From the IMG/VR virus record IMGVR_UViG_3300030330_006113, positions 1-30,934 of that record: 30,934 nucleotides of DNA; one strand, given 5' to 3'. The position numbers were made by a program, and so were the translations under genes. Below, in pieces: positions 9,595 to 19,115 of the stretch. How positions within the stretch are numbered: the first letter of the stretch is position 1; each line of letters begins with the position of its first letter. Origin of the DNA: a virus (taxonomy: Duplodnaviria > Caudoviricetes). The notes below the pieces were generated by a model. That model worked only from the letters and a program-made list of their open reading frames with translations, had not been told where the DNA came from and searched no databases.

Positions 9595-10005
9595 TTACAT
9601 AGCACTAATATTGATCAACACGGGTTGTGTTGATGTATTTTCTAAACTTATTTCATAAATTTTTCCTTGAAACTGGCCAAGATCAAAAACTTCATTATCT
9701 AACAATTTAATTTCATCTTGTGTAGTAATATTGCCACTCTGTTTAAGATTGAATTTCAAAATTACAAAGCCACCTGTATTACTAATATTTTTAATTTCAC
9801 CTGTTGCAAACCCATCATTTTGATTTATTAATGTTGCTTCACCGACCCCTCCGTCTTTATAATTTATTAAAGCTGAACTGGTTAATCCAGATGCGGATGT
9901 AAACAAAAAAGACGCTGCAAACATCATAGCCTTTTTACCGTTTTTTATTCTTTCTTCAGCTATATTATCGCGTCGTTTTTTTTCATATAAATTGGTACTT
10001 ATCAT
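9595..10005 (-). CDS. Small jelly-roll-like virion protein, paralog 4
   Basis: GEIKN...TTQDEIKL..NEVFDLGQFQGKIYEISLEN shared with 10010..10384. Confidence 0.7.
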   Translation of the reverse strand: MISTNLYEKKRRDNIAEERIKNGKKAMMFAASFLFTSASGLTSSALINYKDGGVGEATLINQNDGFATGEIKNISNTGGFVILKFNLKQSGNITTQDEIKLLDNEVFDLGQFQGKIYEISLENTSTQPVLINISAM

Positions 10006-10009
10006 TTAT

Positions 10010-10384
10010 CTACATCCCCAATATTGTCACTATAGTTGTATAATTTGTATTTAAGTTTGTAATAGATATATCTCTAATACGACCATGAAACATTCCTAAA
10101 TCAAAGGTCTCACCATAATTAATTCTTATATCTGGAGTGGTTATTAAATTATCTAATCTGCAATTAACATTTATAAAAATATCTCCTACCGATCTACATT
10201 TAATCTCACCTACACTTATACCATCTTGTGCGTTAGCTTTCATTTGATCCAAATCTAGCTGTATTGTTTGTGACGGTTGCAATACTATTTCATCCCCGAA
10301 TAGTGGTAGTTTGCCATTATCAACACGAGCTTCTACAGGATTATTTGCTTTTTTTATGTAATAAGATCCAGCGTTTACTTCCAT
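10010..10384 (-). CDS. Small jelly-roll-like virion protein, paralog 3
   Basis: GEIKC...TTPDIRINYGETFDLGMFHGRIRDISITN. Confidence 0.7.
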   Translation of the reverse strand: MEVNAGSYYIKKANNPVEARVDNGKLPLFGDEIVLQPSQTIQLDLDQMKANAQDGISVGEIKCRSVGDIFINVNCRLDNLITTPDIRINYGETFDLGMFHGRIRDISITNLNTNYTTIVTILGM

Positions 10385-10728
10385 TATTGTAAAATTATCC
10401 TTACTTGCGAATCGATAGTTCGTCTATTAATTTTTATGCCATAAATTATATATAAATTAGTTAATGGGATAGTTTCCCCAACCCGTATTGTCATTTGCCT
10501 TGTATAAACGTTATTTTTATCAAAGCTTAGTTGAATAAGTGCTTCTGCATTACTTGTTGTAGATACATTTGTAATAGTTCCTGACGATGGTTTTAATTCA
10601 CCAAATATATCCTTAGTTTCTAATTCAAAACTTGGGTTTGCAGCTGTAATATCAATTACATTTGAGTAAATTTTTGTGGGCCTGTCATCTACCACAGATC
10701 CTGCTTGTGTTTGTAAATAATTTATCAT
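10384..10728 (-). CDS. Small jelly-roll-like virion protein, paralog 2
   Basis: SGTITN...IQLSF...YTRQMTIRVGETIPL...IYGIKI...VRI. Confidence 0.7.
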   Translation of the reverse strand: MINYLQTQAGSVVDDRPTKIYSNVIDITAANPSFELETKDIFGELKPSSGTITNVSTTSNAEALIQLSFDKNNVYTRQMTIRVGETIPLTNLYIIYGIKINRRTIDSQVRIILQ

Positions 10729-11081
10729 GTAGCAAAAATCCTAATGTTTGAGGTCCCAGTACTTCTATAACGAATAGAACTAATTAAAGAGTATTTATTT
10801 AAGCTCTCTTTAGCATTTGGTAGGATAGATATTTCATCTGAATAAGGCTCATTGGTTTCGTCTGTTGTAAATTTAAGTTCTATATTAACCGAATCAGGGC
10901 CATCGTTAATAATATATCCTGACGCTACTCTAAACACAGCTGGATCTTCATTAAATTGATGCCTAAGCGCAATTTCTGATGGTGTAGTTGTTGCTTGTAA
11001 CTCATTTGCGTAATATTGCGTTACTTGTCGTCTTTCTTCTATATTTGATTCAAGTGCTTCGTAATGATTTTTATATAACAT
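10725..11081 (-). CDS. Small jelly-roll-like virion protein, paralog 1
   Basis: SGYIINDGPDSVNIELKF...YSDEISIL...ISSIRY...IRI. Confidence 0.7.
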   Translation of the reverse strand: MLYKNHYEALESNIEERRQVTQYYANELQATTTPSEIALRHQFNEDPAVFRVASGYIINDGPDSVNIELKFTTDETNEPYSDEISILPNAKESLNKYSLISSIRYRSTGTSNIRIFAT

Positions 11082-11138
11082 TTATTATCTTTCCTTGTGA
11101 TCTTATTTTTTTGCCTTTTTTTTAAATCAAATACTTTT

Positions 11139-11162
11139 GGTAGGAGGACAATGCCCCCTACC
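11139..11162 (-). terminator. Stem-loop after capsid/decoration genes
   Basis: Minus-strand GGTAGGGGG-6-CCTCCTACC with one G.U pair; U-tract only on the plus strand. Confidence 0.55.
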
Positions 11163-11174
11163 TTTTTTTGTTTT

Positions 11175-11666
11175 TTAAACCGCTACATCACATGCGTTAG
11201 TACCGAATAAATAAATTTTACCCGTCGCACCTGCAGCAATTGCCTCCTTTGCATACCCAACCACTGTCTCGCTTTTAATACCAACTACATCTTTTAATGT
11301 TGTTGTACCTTTAATCCATTCGACATAATTTGCGCTTGTTAGACCAGCACCGTCAGCAGTCCCTGTAAACGTTCCTCTTTTTACAAAAAACGCATACTCT
11401 CCAGCGCCCACTGCATAATCAATTCCTAATGGAACAATGTTTTTCTCACCACCTGTACCAGGTAATGCACGTGCAGTTTGATCAACATCTAAATACGAAA
11501 TTGTGTTTGCAGCTGTTGCTGCATTTGCTTGAAGATAGATATATTCAATTTCTTCATTATTTTCTTCATCTACACGAGTCATTACTGTACCTAAAGGGTA
11601 TAGCTGTGTAGTGGACGATTTTGAAAAGACTTCGTCATCTACCGAATCATAATATGAACTAGACAT
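11175..11666 (-). CDS. Capsid decoration / cement protein
   Basis: Directly after MCP; YPLGT...YIYLQA, VVGYAKEAIAAGATGKIYL. Confidence 0.7.
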   Translation of the reverse strand: MSSSYYDSVDDEVFSKSSTTQLYPLGTVMTRVDEENNEEIEYIYLQANAATAANTISYLDVDQTARALPGTGGEKNIVPLGIDYAVGAGEYAFFVKRGTFTGTADGAGLTSANYVEWIKGTTTLKDVVGIKSETVVGYAKEAIAAGATGKIYLFGTNACDVAV

Positions 11667-11677
11667 AATTTTTCTCC

Positions 11678-12685
11678 TTACGCGTTAATCGCTGTGAAAC
11701 GTGCGTTTGCGTTTCTTTTGACACAAAAGTAGTTACCAGACATGAAGTTAACGTTATTTTGAACTGGCTGATTAGGCATAACGTTAGATCCTGATAATGG
11801 ACTAGGTCTGTCAAAACCATACACATATCCAAATCTGATGGAATTTTTAGATAAGATATAACAATGGTTGTTCGCAACACCTGCGTCACCTGGACAATAA
11901 CTGTCTGTATACCAAGGAATTCTGTTTACAAAGATAGTTCCAAACCCTGCATTCAAGTTGGCTTCATCGTTATAGACTTGTTGACCTTGTTGTGTTGATG
12001 CAAACTGACTTTGAACATTGCCGTTAGACAAAATCATATCTGGTGTAATTAATGCAGTTCCGGTTTCTTCTCCATTTGCATAAAAACCTGCATTATCACG
12101 AACATTTGCAATCATTTTCTGTAATTCGGCAAAGTTAATAGTGTTTACAGCATTATCTGTAGTAGCTAACCAATCTTCTGTGTTAGTACCAGCAACAGGA
12201 GTAATACCTGCATAAGCAACACCATTACCAGCAAATATATCTTCTAAACCATTAAACCTTTTAGCATTTGCGCCAGTACCTGATAGATACAAGTCTCTTG
12301 ATAGTTTTACTACTTGACTATTAACCGTTTGAGCAGCCTTCGCTTGTGCTAATGAAACAATTTGAGTTTTGTCGCCACCAAACTTAACAAAGTCTTCAAG
12401 TGTTAAGACAGTGTTTGCTACCATATTTTTATAAGGTAATGTTGCTCTTAACAATGTATTTGAAGTGTTGTTACTAAAGGTGTCTGTACCATCTCCTGAA
12501 ATATATTCAACTGTTGGTACTTCTCCTAACTGACAGATAAACCCAAAATCATTACCGTGAGGCATCAACTCTTTGTTGTCACCAATTAAAAATTTTAAAG
12601 CACTATTTCTTTTATATGTTTGCTCATAAATTTTGCCAGGAACATACTCGTATAAAGCTGCTCCAATATCATCTAAAATTGCCAT
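11678..12685 (-). CDS. Major capsid protein (HK97 fold)
   Basis: 335 aa after scaffold; LYLSGTG...FNGLEDI, PDMILSN, AGFGTIFVNRIPWYTDSYCP; AAGGAAG SD. Confidence 0.85.
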   Translation of the reverse strand: MAILDDIGAALYEYVPGKIYEQTYKRNSALKFLIGDNKELMPHGNDFGFICQLGEVPTVEYISGDGTDTFSNNTSNTLLRATLPYKNMVANTVLTLEDFVKFGGDKTQIVSLAQAKAAQTVNSQVVKLSRDLYLSGTGANAKRFNGLEDIFAGNGVAYAGITPVAGTNTEDWLATTDNAVNTINFAELQKMIANVRDNAGFYANGEETGTALITPDMILSNGNVQSQFASTQQGQQVYNDEANLNAGFGTIFVNRIPWYTDSYCPGDAGVANNHCYILSKNSIRFGYVYGFDRPSPLSGSNVMPNQPVQNNVNFMSGNYFCVKRNANARFTAINA

Positions 12686-12707
12686 TTAATCTTCCTTTAT
12701 GAAGACT

Positions 12708-13577
12708 TTAAAATTTTAACGTTCTTTCTAATATGCTTTTTAGACTTTCACCTTGAGTAGAACCTGTAGTTGTTGCGCTTTTTTGTGGCGAACTATAAAC
12801 ACTTCCTTTATGTGTTTCTTGATTCGCTTTTACATAAGCTTCAACAGCTTTTTTTGAATTACCTTCAATGATTTGAGGCATAGCCATATTTAGCCATGAC
12901 ATTTCGTAGTAATTCGGATCTAAGTTTTGATTTTTTGCATACTCAAAAAATTCATTTAACTTTGGATCTATTCCATACTCTTTTGCTTTAGAAAGTATGT
13001 TTTGTGTTGCTTCATTAGCAATTTTTTCTTGCTGAATGTGCATCAGTTGAGATTCTAGCTCATCATACTTGTTATAAAGCTGGCTTATTTCAGTGTCTTT
13101 TTGCTGCAATTGAGCTAATTGTTCTGGCGGTAAGTTACCATATCTACTCGTTAGCGAAGCTGTATTTGCATCATTTAACGCTTGCTGATAAATCGGACCC
13201 GTAATTGGATCTTCTAATGCAGAGTTAAATGTTTGCAATTGCATATTTAGAGAGTCTCGTTCTTGTTTTAAAGTCTCTAATTCCTTTATTGCTTGTTGGG
13301 ATTCGCTTTGCTTTGACTCTTGACGCTTAAGTTCCTTGTACATACCTTCCATTTGTTCTTCAATTGATTCACCTTTCCAATATGTACCTAAACGTTTGTC
13401 GTTCTGGTATGTATATTTAGGTGGAACAATCTCATTTGGCGTATCTATTTGTTCCTTTAGGTTAGTTTGAGTCTCTGCCTGTTCAACTAGCCCATTTAAT
13501 TGTTGAGTGCTGCTGTCTTCTAACCCAGATGCTTGGGTGACTTCAGAAGCTAACTCGGTAGACTGGGTGTCTTCCAT
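12708..13577 (-). CDS. Capsid scaffolding protein
   Basis: Acidic disordered N-terminus, coiled coil, short C-terminal helix; AAGGAG SD; precedes MCP. Confidence 0.75.
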   Translation of the reverse strand: MEDTQSTELASEVTQASGLEDSSTQQLNGLVEQAETQTNLKEQIDTPNEIVPPKYTYQNDKRLGTYWKGESIEEQMEGMYKELKRQESKQSESQQAIKELETLKQERDSLNMQLQTFNSALEDPITGPIYQQALNDANTASLTSRYGNLPPEQLAQLQQKDTEISQLYNKYDELESQLMHIQQEKIANEATQNILSKAKEYGIDPKLNEFFEYAKNQNLDPNYYEMSWLNMAMPQIIEGNSKKAVEAYVKANQETHKGSVYSSPQKSATTTGSTQGESLKSILERTLKF

Positions 13578-13600
13578 TTGCTTTCTCCTTATTAATACGT

Positions 13601-13999
13601 TTACCCTTTAGCTTTGTAATCCTCTCCAAATTTCTCTTTAAGAATTTCTTCTACTAAAAGGGCTTTTTTTAAGGAGCTAGCAATGTCATCTTCTAGCTTC
13701 ATGTCTGAAACAACCTTCAATAAATCGTCTTTCTTTAAAGACATAAGGTCATTTCTTGCCTGTTCTAAATTAGGCTTTACTGGTTTTTTTTCTTCTTTAA
13801 TTTCTTGAGGTTTTTTTTGCTCGATCACATCAAACAAAAGACGAATTACTTTTTCGTTTAAAATCAATGGACCTACACCAGGAATATTGATTTGATATTG
13901 TCCTAATTTATGAACACTTTGAGACGGTGTGTAAGTTAAGACTTCGCAAATATCTTCAAATGTTTTTTTTAATGTAAGTTTTTTTCCTAATAGTTCCAT
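13601..13999 (-). CDS. Protein with C-terminal Rho-N/HeH-like helical domain
   Basis: DLMSLKKDDLLKVV...SSLKKALLVEEIL. Confidence 0.55.
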   Translation of the reverse strand: MELLGKKLTLKKTFEDICEVLTYTPSQSVHKLGQYQINIPGVGPLILNEKVIRLLFDVIEQKKPQEIKEEKKPVKPNLEQARNDLMSLKKDDLLKVVSDMKLEDDIASSLKKALLVEEILKEKFGEDYKAKG

Positions 14000-14125
14000 A
14001 CAAACTATAGTATTAGTAAAATTACCTTTTTTAAACTAACAAATATTTACAATAGTTTATATTATGGCAACTTTTATAAATTATTGTTAATGTATGCAGT
14101 TTTATTATTATTGTATTTTTAATAT
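14000..14125. promoter_or_regulatory. Divergent promoter region (head/tail operon leftward, portal rightward)
   Basis: Very AT-rich; minus-strand TTAACA-18-(TG)CATAAT and TTTAAA-17-TACTAT; divergent start codons. Confidence 0.65.
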
Positions 14126-16150
14126 GTGGAACCTCAGTTAATTAAATATCTAAACAAACTTAAATCTAAGGCTATTGACGCCCATCCTACTCAGTCGTTA
14201 AAAAAACGGTACTCTGTCTATAAAAATGGAACTTTAAAATCCCAGAAATCAAATACAAGTAAATATAGTGTTAATTCAACCTCTAACATTCTTAAATCAA
14301 TTGTTGATACTGTGGCAACATTTACATTAGATCAGCAACTAACAAAAGAAGTTGTACTGCGATCAATGTCTTTCAGTGATTTTGAAAACTTACAGCTACT
14401 TAATGATAAAGCAGCTGTTTTAAATGATTGTTTACAAGATGTCGTTGATAATAATTACGATAAAGAGTTTCAAAGAAATATCGTTTTATCAATGCTCATC
14501 TATGGTGTTGGTATTTCAAAAGTTTATTGGAATCAAGATTCAGCAAACGAACTAGGCGAGGTTAAATATCATCAAATTGATCCTTGTAATTTTTATCCAG
14601 ATCCAAGTGCTACAGATATAAATAATGCAAATTATATTTTTGTTAAAAGTGAACAAAGTGTATTTGATTTAGTAAATAAATATAAGAACAATCCTGAGAT
14701 TTTAGAAAAAATTAAAACTTTAACACCTGGCAACAAAGATAATAGTTATAAATCTAATTTAGATGCCGAGCGTACAGACAATATTATTAGTGTAAAAAAT
14801 GATACCACCTCTGCTCAGGCTTATATGCCTAACAATTATGATGATCAATATAAAAAATCTACAAATAACATAACAATTTATGAATGTTATCTTAAAGACG
14901 ATACAATTTTTATTGATCCTGAGGGTGATGATAGTGATGAATTGAAAATGCAGCAATTTATGTACCCTAATGGGCGTGTTATTACTTACACAGATAAATG
15001 TATTTTAGAAGATAAGGCTATTGATTACCCATTTGGTTTTCCTTTTGATATACAAAAAGGTAATTATGACACAGATGGTTTTTTCCCTTGTTCTTTAGTC
15101 GAATATTTGACATATCCACAAGAACGATTAGATGCTATTAACAAAGAAATTTCTGGAATGATAGGATCAAGGATAAATGCGACGCTTATTCCTGCTGGTT
15201 CTGAAATAGATAAGGAAAAATTATGTAGCCCTGAACCTATTATTGATGTTCCTCGTAGATCAATTCGTGAAGGCGAGGTCCCTATAAATTACACAAACAA
15301 CAACTTACAATATTTGCCTCTTTTAGAACAAAGAGCACAGTTGCTTGAGCAAGATATGTACAATATTGCTAGAGTTAACAAAATGATGATATCTGGTGAA
15401 AGACCAGTAGGGGTTAATTCTGGACGTATGGTTGAAGATTTAATAGAAAGCCCTATGACTGCAATAAGAGAGATGCAAAGAGAGCTTGTGTCTTTAAATA
15501 TTAGGCTCTCAGATAAAATAATAACGTTGATACAGCTGTATTATAAATCACAGAGAATAATTCGATTATCTACAGGTGATTTTATTGAGATAGATCCATT
15601 ATTTATGGAGAATGCTGCTCAGGAAAACTTAAGTCAAATTAGAAAAAGCGTTATGAATCAAAATAATGTTATGGAAATCGCTGTTGATATTAAAACAGAT
15701 TTATCATCTGGTGAGTTTGAGACAAAAATAATTGCTGGTAGTGAAATGCCCTTAAACCGTACACAACTTGCACAGCTTACTGTAAAGTTTGCACAAGATG
15801 GCTTTTTTAATCCTGTTGATATTGATATTAAAGAATTTGTTTTAGATAAGCTAGAATATCCTAATTATAGAGCCGTTATTGATAAGATGAGACAGGCTCA
15901 AAAACAAAATCAATTAGCAGTACAAGAAGAAATGAGAGATCCAGCTAACATGCTTTTAGCTAAATTACAGAAGGCAGATATAAAACCTGATGATCTACTA
16001 AAAACTATTAATAATATTTCTGATGAGTCTGTAAAAAATGATGCGACTCTACAACTTTTATCTCTATTCGGCTATACTCCGCCGCAAGTTTTTCAATCTC
16101 CTGGAACTGATGTGACTACCCCTTCTCAGTTTCAGGAGACCCCTATTTAA
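14126..16150 (+). CDS. Portal protein (P22-like), inverted relative to neighbours
   Basis: 674 aa; MLIYGVGISKVYWN, IDPCNFYPDPSATDINNANYIF, YPNGRVIT, GVNSGRMVEDL, IIAGSEMP. Confidence 0.88.
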   Translation: MEPQLIKYLNKLKSKAIDAHPTQSLKKRYSVYKNGTLKSQKSNTSKYSVNSTSNILKSIVDTVATFTLDQQLTKEVVLRSMSFSDFENLQLLNDKAAVLNDCLQDVVDNNYDKEFQRNIVLSMLIYGVGISKVYWNQDSANELGEVKYHQIDPCNFYPDPSATDINNANYIFVKSEQSVFDLVNKYKNNPEILEKIKTLTPGNKDNSYKSNLDAERTDNIISVKNDTTSAQAYMPNNYDDQYKKSTNNITIYECYLKDDTIFIDPEGDDSDELKMQQFMYPNGRVITYTDKCILEDKAIDYPFGFPFDIQKGNYDTDGFFPCSLVEYLTYPQERLDAINKEISGMIGSRINATLIPAGSEIDKEKLCSPEPIIDVPRRSIREGEVPINYTNNNLQYLPLLEQRAQLLEQDMYNIARVNKMMISGERPVGVNSGRMVEDLIESPMTAIREMQRELVSLNIRLSDKIITLIQLYYKSQRIIRLSTGDFIEIDPLFMENAAQENLSQIRKSVMNQNNVMEIAVDIKTDLSSGEFETKIIAGSEMPLNRTQLAQLTVKFAQDGFFNPVDIDIKEFVLDKLEYPNYRAVIDKMRQAQKQNQLAVQEEMRDPANMLLAKLQKADIKPDDLLKTINNISDESVKNDATLQLLSLFGYTPPQVFQSPGTDVTTPSQFQETPI

Positions 16151-16524
16151 AGCCCATTTTTGTGAAATGCTTTTTTACATATCTCAGTGACATCTGATTT
16201 CATTTGTTCTTGTTGTTGTTTCTCTATTCTTTTTCGATTTTTAGTTGTCTCTTGCTGATTTTCTTCATACGAAAGAGGAATATAGTTGTTTTCTTTTTCA
16301 AACGCTTTTTTTTGTGCAGCAGTAGTAAACGTTTGACCTCCTATCGTTATTTCATTAAACATGCCACTAAAATAAATTGATTGATTTCCAAAAAACCTTA
16401 CCATATTTGTTGATGTACAAGCCATGCAATTAACTCGCCTTGAGTCATTATCATAAGTATCTGCATTTATATGATATGCATATATGCTGTCACAATCATT
16501 ACATTTAAAGTCATACATTGGCAT
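16147..16524 (-). CDS. FmdB-family zinc-ribbon protein
   Basis: MPMYDFKCNDC...CMAC. Confidence 0.8.
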   Translation of the reverse strand: MPMYDFKCNDCDSIYAYHINADTYDNDSRRVNCMACTSTNMVRFFGNQSIYFSGMFNEITIGGQTFTTAAQKKAFEKENNYIPLSYEENQQETTKNRKRIEKQQQEQMKSDVTEICKKAFHKNGL

Positions 16525-16993
16525 TTTTTAAGTGCTCCGTTAAAAAGTTGTATATAGCTCTTCTACCTTCTTGGCTTTTACGGTTATCATTGATGTACTG
16601 ACTGACTGTGCTCGCACCCATATTTAATTTAGATCCAAGCAAATCGTAAGTTAATCCATCGCACTGTATGTACAATTCTTTTAATTCACCGTCGTTTACT
16701 GTTTTCACTGTGCTCTTAAGAATTAACGGTAAAGCTTCTTCACTTAATGTAGTTATTTTAGTTTCTGCTGTTTCTATTCGTTTTTCTACCTGATCTAATT
16801 TAGGTAATGTTTGGTTTTCGCAGAAAGCTACCTGTGATTGCAGTTTATCCATAGCCATTCCCATCTCTACAAGTTTTGTATTCTGGGCCATTGTACTATT
16901 TTGATTTTGTAAATCTCTAAAATTTAATGTCATTTCATTTCTTAAAACATTTATCTTTTGATCTACTTTTTTTAAAATTTCTTCAATATTCAT
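16511..16993 (-). CDS. Coiled-coil protein with C-terminal HTH
   Basis: GLTYDLLGSKLNMGASTVSQYIN. Confidence 0.6.
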   Translation of the reverse strand: MNIEEILKKVDQKINVLRNEMTLNFRDLQNQNSTMAQNTKLVEMGMAMDKLQSQVAFCENQTLPKLDQVEKRIETAETKITTLSEEALPLILKSTVKTVNDGELKELYIQCDGLTYDLLGSKLNMGASTVSQYINDNRKSQEGRRAIYNFLTEHLKNANV

Positions 16994-17000
16994 AATTCTC

Positions 17001-18341
17001 CTAACAATATCTTCTTTTCATACTAGAGTTACGCATTAAGTTAAACTTTTCAGCTAAACGCTTCTGCGCTTCATTTTGTTCAGGTGGATTACGGTCAACC
17101 ATTTCGCGATAAACGTACATAAACGCATCTAATGCGTCATCATCTTTTTTTACTGGTGTTTCATACGTTTTGTTTACAGCTCCTGCACTATTTAGCTTCC
17201 ATTGATAATTATTTATCTCACGTATTAAATTCGTGCAGTTATCATGAATAAATAGTTTTTTATTTAAAAAACCATCGTTAATAATTCTGATATTTCCAAG
17301 CTTATCTTTGTTAGATTCCTGTAACCTTAAACCATCTTGAACTAAATCGTCCCATAAGCATCTGCCGTCACGTTCAACTCTTTTTATTGCGTAATCTGCC
17401 ACAATAGGGTATTTACCCCATCGCGTAGCTGCAGCTCTTAACTGTAATGTGCTTGCTTTTTTTTCATAGAATTCATCAAAAACATGTATTTCTCCTTTCT
17501 TGTTCAGTGCTATCCAAATAAAAGCTGAGGCATGAACAACCCCATGGTCAAAACCTACATAAATAATAGAGTCAGAGTCTATTTCGTGTGATGGAATAAC
17601 ATTTTCAAACTCTTTAAACTGATGAAATACTTTAATGTCATTTGACTCCCATGAACCCATCATATAGCGATCAATTTTTTCTTGCCCAAAAACTCTTACC
17701 ATCCCTGCTATGTAATCGTCAGGTAAGTTATGTGCATTTACATGTGTCGAACTAGAATAAAGCTTTGTATATTCGTCTACAGGTTCATCGATAAATCTTT
17801 TTTTTACCCATCCTGGCGATGGGTTCCCCTCCATTAACAAAACAATTTTACGGTCCATATTTCCTCTTCGTCGACCATAAACGTGCAAGTAAACCTCTTC
17901 ATCAATTTCTTCAATTTGGTTAAAAGTAAAACCATCCCATTGTGAAGATAACAATCCACTAACGTTATTATTATCTAGTCCTGTAAACTGTATTTTAGAT
18001 CCGTTTTTATAAGTAAATGTTTTGTCTTTTTTATTATATTTAAAGGTATTCGTTACTCCAAAATCCTTTATCATTTGTGTAATAGCTGTTGTCTCTAAAT
18101 CTTTACTAACATTTTTAATAAACAACCACTGTGTTCCTGGATATTTTAAACACATGCGATGCGTAGTGAAGGTAGTCCAAAATGATTTACCGTTAGCAAA
18201 GCCACCAACTAACAAGTATTGCATTATCTTATTTTTTGTTATTTGGCCATTATCCCAAAAATCTTTTTCTGCGGCTGATTGAAATGGGTTTAAAGTAACG
18301 TTACATTCCCAGACCCCATTTTTTAATTCAAAAAAACTCAA
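17001..18341 (-). CDS. terL: Terminase large subunit
   Basis: Walker A GGFANGKS, NGSKIQFTGLD, MEGNP, nuclease VGFDHG and KDDDALDAFMY. Confidence 0.92.
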   Translation of the reverse strand: MSFFELKNGVWECNVTLNPFQSAAEKDFWDNGQITKNKIMQYLLVGGFANGKSFWTTFTTHRMCLKYPGTQWLFIKNVSKDLETTAITQMIKDFGVTNTFKYNKKDKTFTYKNGSKIQFTGLDNNNVSGLLSSQWDGFTFNQIEEIDEEVYLHVYGRRRGNMDRKIVLLMEGNPSPGWVKKRFIDEPVDEYTKLYSSSTHVNAHNLPDDYIAGMVRVFGQEKIDRYMMGSWESNDIKVFHQFKEFENVIPSHEIDSDSIIYVGFDHGVVHASAFIWIALNKKGEIHVFDEFYEKKASTLQLRAAATRWGKYPIVADYAIKRVERDGRCLWDDLVQDGLRLQESNKDKLGNIRIINDGFLNKKLFIHDNCTNLIREINNYQWKLNSAGAVNKTYETPVKKDDDALDAFMYVYREMVDRNPPEQNEAQKRLAEKFNLMRNSSMKRRYC

Positions 18342-18360
18342 GTGTCCCCTCTATAATTTT

Positions 18361-18561
18361 TTAAACGTACCTTCTATCTTCTTCAGCTTGTCTTCTAATT
18401 TCCATTTTTTCTATTAAAGTTTTAGGTCTATTTAAGACATGTACTGGATCCATATTGCTTTTAGTTAAGTAATCTAATCTTTTATAAAAAAGAAGAAAAA
18501 GGGCTAATATAATTAAAACTGTTGCAAACTGTCCGATGTATATCCAAGTGATTTTATCCAA
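18361..18561 (-). CDS. Small single-pass membrane protein
   Basis: FATVLIILALFLLF. Confidence 0.6.
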   Translation of the reverse strand: MDKITWIYIGQFATVLIILALFLLFYKRLDYLTKSNMDPVHVLNRPKTLIEKMEIRRQAEEDRRYV

Positions 18562-18943
18562 CTTTTATTCTCCTCATTTTTGAATGATTGTTTTTTTTTA
18601 TGTTAATTTCTTTAATGTAATTTTCTAAATTCAATATCTTATAACACACATTTTTTACGTTTAAGTTATGTTGTTGTAAGTGTTGAACCTCTAAAAGCCC
18701 CTTGTTCACTAAATCTGTAATTATGTAAACGCACCTGTTTAAAGTCATTGTTCTTAGTCTTTGATAATACGTGTCTTTTTTATTATATAAGTCTTCAAGA
18801 TTTAATATTGCATGCCCTTTAAAATGGTTTTTTTTACATTTAATTACGTAATAAAATTCGTCAAACAAAAACTCCATGAACCTTATATAATAAAATTCAG
18901 AGCGCATAGCTGCTCTTTTTTCAATAAAACTAGTAAATCTCAT
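18554..18943 (-). CDS. Putative winged-helix protein (probable start ATG 18943)
   Basis: TLNRCVYIITDLVNKGLLEV...CYKIL; AGGGG SD before ATG 18943. Confidence 0.5.
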   Translation of the reverse strand: MRFTSFIEKRAAMRSEFYYIRFMEFLFDEFYYVIKCKKNHFKGHAILNLEDLYNKKDTYYQRLRTMTLNRCVYIITDLVNKGLLEVQHLQQHNLNVKNVCYKILNLENYIKEINIKKNNHSKMRRIKVG

Positions 18944-18973
18944 AATACCCCTAATTTGTACACTATAGTTTAT

Positions 18974-19002
18974 ATTATGATACAAATTAAAGCTAATTAC
19001 AA
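18974..19002 (-). promoter_or_regulatory. Promoter TTGTAA-17-CATAAT for the terL operon
   Basis: Minus strand TTGTAA ttagctttaatttgtat CATAAT ataaactat. Confidence 0.6.
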
Positions 19003-19024
19003 TATACTATTGTTTACATTCTAT

Positions 19025-19099
19025 CTATACGAGCACTAAAATGCAAATCAACCCTACTACTTCAGGGTTTTGTGCTAAAAAATCTATAATTTCTAACAT
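19025..19099 (-). CDS. 24-aa hydrophobic peptide MLEIIDFLAQNPEVVGLICILVLV
   Basis: Hand-translated; perfect AGGAGG SD. Confidence 0.6.
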   Translation of the reverse strand: MLEIIDFLAQNPEVVGLICILVLV

Positions 19100-19115
19100 G
19101 ATTTTTTCCTCCTTT

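Noticed and set aside
11659-11889. Alternate-frame ORF over the MCP 3' end as a T7 10B-like frameshift extension
   Set aside because: Extends only about 6 codons past the MCP stop and does not fuse to the decoration gene
13990-16200. Portal as an actively invertible, phase-variable cassette
   Set aside because: No flanking inverted repeats or invertase seen; stop codons are interlocked with the neighbouring gene
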